DNA of 64,000 nucleotides, taken from contig DVLG01000044.1 of NCBI GenBank assembly GCA_018715625.1, forward strand, positions 5,456-69,455, written 5' to 3'. Below, piece after piece: positions 57,612 through 64,000 of the stretch (positions are counted from its first letter, which is position 1; each line of letters opens with the position of its first letter). Under the pieces are notes generated by a model. The model had not been told where the DNA came from. It saw only the letters and a program-made list of their open reading frames with translations, and made no database searches. Source of the DNA: Candidatus Scatovivens faecipullorum (lineage in GTDB: Bacteria > Bacillota > Clostridia > TANB77 > CAG-508). The translations under genes and the position numbers were made by a program.

Positions 57612-57640
57612 ATTATAACATTTATTGTTATTTGAGTCAA
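57612..57640 (-). promoter_or_regulatory. consensus sigma-A promoter of the 98-aa orphan gene
   Basis: TTGACT-17 nt-TATAAT on the minus strand, about 45 nt upstream of the ATG. Confidence 0.55.
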
Positions 57641-57744
57641 CAGTTATGTCAACCTGTGTTCAAAATTGGCAACATCAAGTTAATTAATATAATATTATAA
57701 AATATTATATTATATATAAATATATGTAATTTTATAAAATTTTA

Positions 57745-57773
57745 CAAAAAATAAGAGAGTGCTAAGCACTCTC
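57745..57773 (-). terminator. terminator of rnpB
   Basis: Minus-strand hairpin GAGAGTGCTTAGCACTCTC followed by TTATTTTTTG. Confidence 0.8.
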
Positions 57774-57778
57774 CTCTT

Positions 57779-58120
57779 AGAGTAAATCTATAAGCCGGGT
57801 TCTGTCGTGGATAGTCATTTATCTAGAATATATATTGCTATATATTTCAAGCCACACAAATTGAGAAAATGACGAGCAGTCTTAACTTTCTCTTCAAGGT
57901 GTTGCTCCAGATAGGGTTTACACAGCCAATATATCACTATACTGCTGGTGAGCTTTTACCTCACCTTTTCACCTGAACTATAAAAATAGTTGTTATTTTC
58001 TGTTGCACTTTCCCTAAGGTTACCCTCGCTTGACGTTATCAAGTATCATTGCTCTATGGAGCCCGGACTTTCCTCTCGTAAAACCTTTCGGTTTTTACCA
58101 GCGACTATCCAATTTACTCT
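57779..58120 (-). ncRNA. rnpB: RNase P RNA (bacterial, apparently type A)
   Basis: The minus strand contains the universally conserved GAGGAAAGTCCGGGCTCC (P4 5' half) and ACAGAACCCGGCTTA (P4 3' half). The ends AGAGTAAAT.../...ATTTACTCT pair to form P1. Confidence 0.9.
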
Positions 58121-58189
58121 ATTTTTTATTTTAACTTCTTTCTTATTTTAAGTCAAGTTTTTTATGTAAATTATATTTATGTTGAAATA

Positions 58190-58732
58190 TTATTTTTTAT
58201 CTATCCATTCATAATACTTTTTTAAATATTCCCAGCATCCTTCTTTATCTGTTATTCCATCATAATTATCATTAATTCTTCTTATAACGTCATCTTTTTT
58301 AAACCATTTTACTTCAGAAACCTCTTCTTCTTGCAAAATTAATTTTGATATATCTATATCCTTATTTACAATATAATACTCATTAAAATGTTTATTGATT
58401 ATTTCCCCTTTTATATTTTGTGAAGTCGAAGCTCCTAAAAACAATATATCATTTTTATTTATATTCGAACCTAATTCTTCTTTAATTTCTCTTATTATGG
58501 CTTCAAATCCAAATTCTCCTGCTAGCACATGTCCGCCAGCAGAAATATCCCATAAATTAGGCCACATTTTTTTACTTGCACTTCTTTTTTGTAATAAAAC
58601 CTCATTTTGGGAATTAATTATAAATAAAGCTACCGCTTTATGCCACAATCCTAATTTATGGCATTTGGATCTAGTTTCTACTTTTCCAGAAAATTCACCA
58701 TTTTCTAGTAAAACATCAAATTTTTCTTCCAT
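58190..58732 (-). CDS. NUDIX hydrolase
   Basis: 180 aa. Nudix box GGHVLAGEFGFEAIIREIKEELG. Confidence 0.85.
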   Translation of the reverse strand: MEEKFDVLLENGEFSGKVETRSKCHKLGLWHKAVALFIINSQNEVLLQKRSASKKMWPNLWDISAGGHVLAGEFGFEAIIREIKEELGSNINKNDILFLGASTSQNIKGEIINKHFNEYYIVNKDIDISKLILQEEEVSEVKWFKKDDVIRRINDNYDGITDKEGCWEYLKKYYEWIDKK

Positions 58733-58777
58733 ATTTCTTATATGATATATTCTCCTTTCATTATATTAATATAAATA

Positions 58778-60352
58778 TTAATTTGATTCTAATATCTTTA
58801 TTGCACATTTTATTCCATCCATTGCAGCTGTTGTTATTCCTCCAGCATATCCTGCTCCTTCACCACAAGGATATATTCCCTTAATATTTGACTGTAAAGT
58901 TTCATCTCTTACAATTCTTACTGGTGATGAAGTTCTTGTTTCAACTCCTGTTAGAATACTATCTTCATCTGCAAAACCTTTTATCTTTTTATCAAAATCA
59001 AGTATTCCTTCTTTTAAAGTTTCTGTTATATATTGTGGTAAAATTTCTTGCAAATTAGCAAATGTAACTCCTGGTTTATAAGTTGGCTTTACTTTTCCTA
59101 ATTTTTCTGTTTTTCTATTTTCTAAAAAATCACCAAACTTCTGAATTGGTGCATAAAAATTGCTTCCTCCTAAGATAAATGCCTTCTTTTCTAATTCTTT
59201 TTGAAAATATATTCCCTCAAGTGGTGAATTACCTTCAAAGTCTTCTGGTGTTATATTTACAAGTACAGCACTATTCGCATTTTCGCCATCTCTTGCAAAT
59301 GTACTCATTCCATTTGTAACGATTTCATTTTCCCCGCTTGAAGATGCCATAACAACTCCACCTGGACACATACAAAAAGTATAACATGAACGTTTTTCTC
59401 CATGATATGCTAATTTATATTCTGCAGGTGGCAATCTTAATTTTGTATTTTCTCCATATTGAGATTTATTAATCATTTCTTGTTTATGTTCTATTCTAAC
59501 TCCAACAGAAAAATTCTTTTTTTCTATGTTTAATCCTTTTTCATAAATTTTTTCAAAAGTATCTCTCGCACTATGTCCTATTGCTAAAACCAATGTATCT
59601 GTTTCTATTTTTCTATACTCTTCTTTTTTAGTACAAAGTTTTTTAGATAAAATTGAAACTAATTTTTTATTTTCTATTTCAAAATCTATAAATTTTTCTT
59701 CAAAAAAGAATTCTCCTCCCATTTTAATTATGTAGTTTCTCATATTTGAAATTATCTTTATTAAATTATCTGTCCCAATATGTGGTTTGTTAATATACAT
59801 TATTTGTTTTGGAGCTCCAAAATTTACAAACTCTTTTAAAACTACTCTTCCAATAGGATTATTCACACCCGTAGTAAGTTTTCCATCTGAAAAAGTTCCT
59901 GCTCCACCTTCTCCAAATTGCACATTTGAATTTAAGTTTAAAATTCCTGTTTTCATAAAATTATCTACATCTTTTTTTCTTTCTTCTACCTTTTTACCTT
60001 GTTCTATAATAATTGGTTTTATTCCATTTTGCACCAATATTAAAGCACAAAAAAGTCCTGCAGGACCTGCTCCTACAATAACAGGTCTGCTAGAACTACT
60101 TCTTTTACAATTTATATTTAATTTAAAATCTTCTTCATCTACAAGTTTTATATTTCTATTTTTTCCATTATATTCTATATCAATTGTATAATTATAAAAT
60201 ATGTTATTTTTATTTCTTGCATCAATAGATTTTTTAAAAATATTATATTTAATAACTTTATTAAAATCTAATTTATATTTTAAACAAGCTTTTTCTAAAA
60301 TTTCTTTTTCTGTTAAATCTTCATAAATTTTTATATTTTCTAATCTTAGCAT
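58778..60352 (-). CDS. FAD-dependent oxidoreductase (uncharacterised COG2509-like dehydrogenase family)
   Basis: 524 aa. Dinucleotide-binding VIVGAGPAGLFCAL and a C-terminal GEGAGYAGGI motif. Confidence 0.75.
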   Translation of the reverse strand: MLRLENIKIYEDLTEKEILEKACLKYKLDFNKVIKYNIFKKSIDARNKNNIFYNYTIDIEYNGKNRNIKLVDEEDFKLNINCKRSSSSRPVIVGAGPAGLFCALILVQNGIKPIIIEQGKKVEERKKDVDNFMKTGILNLNSNVQFGEGGAGTFSDGKLTTGVNNPIGRVVLKEFVNFGAPKQIMYINKPHIGTDNLIKIISNMRNYIIKMGGEFFFEEKFIDFEIENKKLVSILSKKLCTKKEEYRKIETDTLVLAIGHSARDTFEKIYEKGLNIEKKNFSVGVRIEHKQEMINKSQYGENTKLRLPPAEYKLAYHGEKRSCYTFCMCPGGVVMASSSGENEIVTNGMSTFARDGENANSAVLVNITPEDFEGNSPLEGIYFQKELEKKAFILGGSNFYAPIQKFGDFLENRKTEKLGKVKPTYKPGVTFANLQEILPQYITETLKEGILDFDKKIKGFADEDSILTGVETRTSSPVRIVRDETLQSNIKGIYPCGEGAGYAGGITTAAMDGIKCAIKILESN

Positions 60353-60411
60353 TATTTTCCTCTTTTATCATTTTGACTAATTTTGTTAGTAAATCCAAAA
60401 ATATTTATTCT

Positions 60412-61104
60412 TTATTCTTCAGCACATTTATTAAAATAAGGATTGTTTTCTGTAGTTTCATTAGGTATTATTTTTACAATACTTTCTATTAAATGTCTTG
60501 GCATAGACTCTTCAGATATGTTTTCTGGCATTATTTTCATAGAATTTTTCTTAAAATTATTTGATAAAATTTGAAATGGCTTATAAAACTTGCTATATTC
60601 TTCTTTGCCAAGTGCAGCACAGCAAAATAACATATCATCTTCATTTATTGCCTGTTCTTCAAAAATACTTCTTTCTAATGTAGTATCAAAATAAAAAAAT
60701 TCTTTTCCTACTTTTACTAAATTAGATATATGCAGAGAGCCTGATCTAGATTTTGATAGAATAATATAAGATTCAAATCCTTTCATATATAATAAATGTT
60801 TAAATAGTATTGAATTTGTTACACTAAGTCCAGGATTATCAATCAGTCCTATATATAAATTATGCAAATATTCTTCTTCCTTTGTATTTGAGATATTACT
60901 TTGTTCATATTTGGATTCTGGATGAATATTTTGAACAACATATTTATATATTTTTAAAATTATTTCCAATTGTTCTATTATATTTGAATTTTTTTTACTA
61001 AGATTTAAGAATCTTAATATTTGCATAGATTTATTTTCTATTATTTTCTTTTTTTCTATACTTGTTTTATTCTTTTTCACTGCTATTAATCTCTTTCTGA
61101 ACAA
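60412..61104 (-). CDS. hypothetical protein, possibly a transglutaminase-like fold with Ser in place of the catalytic Cys
   Basis: 230 aa. The segment GLSVTNSILFKHLLYMKGFESYIIL...GSLHISNLVKVGKEFFYFDTT follows the G-x-C...H...D spacing of transglutaminase-like cysteine peptidases. This is pattern matching by eye only. Confidence 0.35.
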   Translation of the reverse strand: MFRKRLIAVKKNKTSIEKKKIIENKSMQILRFLNLSKKNSNIIEQLEIILKIYKYVVQNIHPESKYEQSNISNTKEEEYLHNLYIGLIDNPGLSVTNSILFKHLLYMKGFESYIILSKSRSGSLHISNLVKVGKEFFYFDTTLERSIFEEQAINEDDMLFCCAALGKEEYSKFYKPFQILSNNFKKNSMKIMPENISEESMPRHLIESIVKIIPNETTENNPYFNKCAEE

Positions 61105-61113
61105 TAAAAAATT

Positions 61114-61488
61114 CTATTCAACATCCTTTTTCCATAATTCATGTTTATTACAATATGCATATATTGTAGAACCAGGAATATATTCGAAATAAGTTTTTGC
61201 TTCTTCTCCTGGTTTAAAATATTTTGTACATTCTTTTTCATCACTTACCATACTGATCCATTCAATATAATGTTCTTCTTCCATTACATGATTTACTGTT
61301 ACATAAATTTTTCCATCTTTTATTTCATAAACTGGAACATGTTTTTCAACAGCCGCATCTACTGAATTTGGTGCTATAACTTCCATTGGCTCATTACAAC
61401 AAACTATTCCACATCCATTACAATTACAATCTTTTAGTACTTTTATTGTTGCTCCACAAGATTTACATTTTTTTAATAATAATTCCAT
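61114..61488 (-). CDS. dfx: desulfoferrodoxin (2Fe superoxide reductase)
   Basis: 124 aa. N-terminal CxxC...CC desulforedoxin site, EKHVPV, H..EEEHYIEWI, and C-N-K-H near the C-terminus. Confidence 0.9.
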   Translation of the reverse strand: MELLLKKCKSCGATIKVLKDCNCNGCGIVCCNEPMEVIAPNSVDAAVEKHVPVYEIKDGKIYVTVNHVMEEEHYIEWISMVSDEKECTKYFKPGEEAKTYFEYIPGSTIYAYCNKHELWKKDVE

Positions 61489-61648
61489 AAAAAAATCCTC
61501 CTTTATTTTTTATTCTTATTTATACTATCACAACCTAAAATAAAAAACAATCAAATTATTCTAAAATAAATTTATTTTATGTAATAGGAAAATCTTTTGA
61601 TTTTTTATTATATAAAAACTATACAAAATTATATACATTTTTTTTATG

Positions 61649-62344
61649 TTAAATTTTTTTGATTAGCAATTTTAGAATTTCTCCAACTCTTTTTGAAACT
61701 TCTTCAATATATGTATGGAAATCTATTTCATTATTTCCATTTGGAGTATCAGAAATTCCTCTTATAACTAAAAATGGTATTTTATCTAAAGTACAAACTT
61801 GAGCTATTGCTGCTCCTTCCATTTCAATACAATCCGCATTAAATTCTTTCTGAATTTTAAGTGATTTTTCTAGATTTGAAGCAAACCAATCACCTGTTAC
61901 TATTCTTCCTATTTTTATGTTAAAGTCTCTATTTTTATACTCTTCCATAGTATTTTTACAAAGTTTTACTAAATTCTCATCAGACTTAAAAAATTTTCCA
62001 GTTCTTGCAATTTCACCTTTTTCATAATTTCCAACTCCTGTTATATCAAAATCATGTTGAACTAAATCTTTACCTATCACTATATCTTTAACTTTTAATT
62101 CGTTTGTTAATCCTCCAGCTGTTCCAACATTTATAACATAACTAGGATTAAACTTATCAATCATTATTTGAGTAGTTCTTGCTGCATTCACTTTTCCTAC
62201 ACCACATTCTACTAAAACACATAGTTGATTTTCAATATTTCCCTTTATAAATTTTAATTCAAATATTTCTTCTTCTAAAATATTAGTCATATTATCTTTT
62301 ATTGCTATCATTTCTTTTTCTTCAGCTGCTATAATACCTATCAT
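61649..62344 (-). CDS. mtnN: 5'-methylthioadenosine/S-adenosylhomocysteine nucleosidase
   Basis: 231 aa. IGIIAAEEKE, GVGKVNAA, EMEGAAIAQV, IRGISD. Confidence 0.9.
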   Translation of the reverse strand: MIGIIAAEEKEMIAIKDNMTNILEEEIFELKFIKGNIENQLCVLVECGVGKVNAARTTQIMIDKFNPSYVINVGTAGGLTNELKVKDIVIGKDLVQHDFDITGVGNYEKGEIARTGKFFKSDENLVKLCKNTMEEYKNRDFNIKIGRIVTGDWFASNLEKSLKIQKEFNADCIEMEGAAIAQVCTLDKIPFLVIRGISDTPNGNNEIDFHTYIEEVSKRVGEILKLLIKKI

Positions 62345-62356
62345 AAATTATCTCCT

Positions 62357-62881
62357 TTATTTTCCTTCAAAATTTATTACAGAATATATATCATATTCTT
62401 TTAATTTTTCTCTTGCTTTTAACTCTGGTAGTTCTATCAAGCAACAAATTTTTATAACTTCTCCACCTAGTCTTTTTACCAATTTTATTATTGCCTCTAT
62501 GGTTCCTCCTGTTGCCATTAAATCATCAATTATTACAACTTTATCTCCTGGTTTTATAGAATCCGCATGTATTTGCAAGATAGCCTTTCCATATTCTAAA
62601 TCATAACTTTCTTCTATTGTTTTAAAAGGTAGTTTTCCCTTTTTTCTTACAGGAACAAAAGCTTTTTCCATATTATATGCTATAGGCATACCAAATATAA
62701 AACCTCTTGATTCTGGAGAAACTACTATATTAAAATCTAAATTTTCTAAACCCTTTTGGATTTCTTTTATTGATAGCTGTAATCCTTCTGGTTCCTGGAG
62801 CATACTCGTTACATCCCTAAAAATTATTCCATCTTTAGGAAAATCTTTTATACTCCTAATATAATCTTTTAATTCTCTCAT
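62357..62881 (-). CDS. apt: adenine phosphoribosyltransferase
   Basis: 174 aa. FPKDGIIFRD and the PRPP-binding VVIIDDLMATGGT. Confidence 0.95.
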   Translation of the reverse strand: MRELKDYIRSIKDFPKDGIIFRDVTSMLQEPEGLQLSIKEIQKGLENLDFNIVVSPESRGFIFGMPIAYNMEKAFVPVRKKGKLPFKTIEESYDLEYGKAILQIHADSIKPGDKVVIIDDLMATGGTIEAIIKLVKRLGGEVIKICCLIELPELKAREKLKEYDIYSVINFEGK

Positions 62882-62985
62882 TTTTTCCTCCTTTTATTAA
62901 TTTTAATACTTAATAATCAACAATTATATTGTTTATACATCCTTTCATTTATTTTTAAGAATTAAATAATAAGTATATTAACCAG

Positions 62986-63831
62986 TTATATTTGTATTAA
63001 TAAAACTCCTAAAATTATAAATAAAGAAGCTAATACTTTTTTCTTTACATCTTTTCTCTCTTTTAAAAATATATAGCCAAATAAAACATTTAATATAACT
63101 GCCAACGCACAAAGTGGAGCTACAACGCTTGCAGGACCTAACTCATAAGCCTTTAAAGTTGCCATTATTGAAGTAGACCAAGAAATTGCTGTTATGATCA
63201 TCATTTTTTTATTTCCATTTCTAAATTCTGTTTTTAAATCAGAAATCTTTATTTTTTCAAAAATAAAGATCAATATACTAGGAATACCTAAAGTTGTTGC
63301 CACATAAAAAGCTAAATTAAAATTATTTGATATATTAACATCTAAAAATAGAGCTATAGTAAAAAATAAATTTGCTAGTATTCCTAAAACAACGTATTTA
63401 TCTATTTTTGCAGTACCTTTTTTGTAAAATACTAAAATATTACTCAAAATAATTAATATTGCACCTACAAATTTACTAATTATAAAAGGTTCCTTAAAAA
63501 ATATAAAACCTGCAAAAATCATAAATGCTGTTGAAAGTTGTCTAATAACACTAAAAGTAGAAGCTTCCATTCCACTTCTAACTATTGTATTTAATCTATC
63601 TACTATTGTGTAAAAAATTATAGATAAACCAAGCAATATGTAAACTCGTATATCTGTTGGAAATGTAATTTTAAAAAATGGTGATAATAGTAAAATTGAG
63701 CCAGCTCCAATCAATTCTAAAATCACAGTTAATGGTCCTGATTTAGTTAAAGATTTTGCAACTATTCTATAACTTTGATCAAATATAACAGCTAAAATCA
63801 AATATAATATAACAAATATAATATAATTCAT
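62986..63831 (-). CDS. EamA/DMT-family transporter
   Basis: About 281 aa with 10 TM segments. ATG 63831, with a GGAG RBS, is preferred over the track start at 63864. Confidence 0.75.
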   Translation of the reverse strand: MNYIIFVILYLILAVIFDQSYRIVAKSLTKSGPLTVILELIGAGSILLLSPFFKITFPTDIRVYILLGLSIIFYTIVDRLNTIVRSGMEASTFSVIRQLSTAFMIFAGFIFFKEPFIISKFVGAILIILSNILVFYKKGTAKIDKYVVLGILANLFFTIALFLDVNISNNFNLAFYVATTLGIPSILIFIFEKIKISDLKTEFRNGNKKMMIITAISWSTSIMATLKAYELGPASVVAPLCALAVILNVLFGYIFLKERKDVKKKVLASLFIILGVLLIQI

Positions 63832-63847
63832 AAAATAATATCTCCTA

Positions 63848-64000
63848 TTAAAATTGATTATCAATTAAATATTCTATGTACTCTTCTAAACACATGTCCA
63901 ATTCAGTAATTTTCTTAGCGTGTTCTGCTCCAACATATCTCCAATGCCAAGGTTCAAAATCAACTTTGGTTATATCTTCTTTTTCTCGTGGATATCTTAA
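63848..64000 (-). CDS. C-terminal 50 codons of an M15B (VanY-type) D-Ala-D-Ala carboxypeptidase; 5' part lies beyond window end
   Basis: My translation: LRYPREKEDITKVDFEPWHWRYVGAEHAKKITELDMCLEEYIEYLIDNQF*. The EPWHWRYVG motif is characteristic. Confidence 0.7.
   Translation of the reverse strand, partial: LRYPREKEDITKVDFEPWHWRYVGAEHAKKITELDMCLEEYIEYLIDNQF

Noticed and set aside
57685-57712. 12-bp inverted repeat TAATATAATATT-ATAA-AATATTATATTA between the orphan-gene promoter and rnpB, considered as an att site or operator
   Set aside because: It is pure A/T and short, and no matching direct repeat was found on the other side of the cassette.

Overview
Very AT-rich chromosomal segment (roughly a quarter G+C by eye) from a spore-forming Firmicute, probably a Clostridia-like organism. 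Supporting genes are spoIIM, dpaB and the rimP-nusA-ylxR-ylxQ-infB-rbfA-nrnA operon. I support about 60 protein genes, all but four (dpaB, pncB, the U32 peptidase, pepV) on the minus strand, plus one RNase P RNA (rnpB). I saw no rRNA, tRNA, CRISPR array, IS element or transposase. Content is mostly housekeeping:
- translation and ribosome biogenesis
- a complete Preiss-Handler NAD salvage set (pncB, nadD, nadE)
- ispG, truB, rlmH, tyrS, aroF, xerD and mtnN-apt
- an ABC-2/GldG-like transporter, a two-component system and several cell-envelope enzymes

Observations most worth a second look:
1. The only two +1 reading-frame breaks in the window (a vanW-like gene and the 5' end of essential infB) both sit on the same rare heptamer CTCGGAA. 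In my manual scan this heptamer occurs nowhere else, and in-frame CGG codons also occur nowhere else. This could be a programmed +1 frameshift at a hungry or unassigned CGG codon, a motif-specific sequencing artefact, or coincidence.
2. A self-contained GNAT plus ATP-grasp two-gene cassette (5269-8072). The ligase domain resembles GshF or cyanophycin synthetase and carries an N-terminal region of about 270 aa that I could not assign. It is a candidate N-acyl-peptide synthesis module.
3. A strongly promoted 47-codon ORF that is 30% Phe+Tyr, followed by an intrinsic terminator directly upstream of DAHP synthase. This is a candidate ribosome-mediated aromatic amino acid attenuator.
4. An orphan 98-aa gene next to rnpB with its own consensus promoter and terminator and atypical codon usage.

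All functional calls come from motif recognition by eye. No database search was possible.
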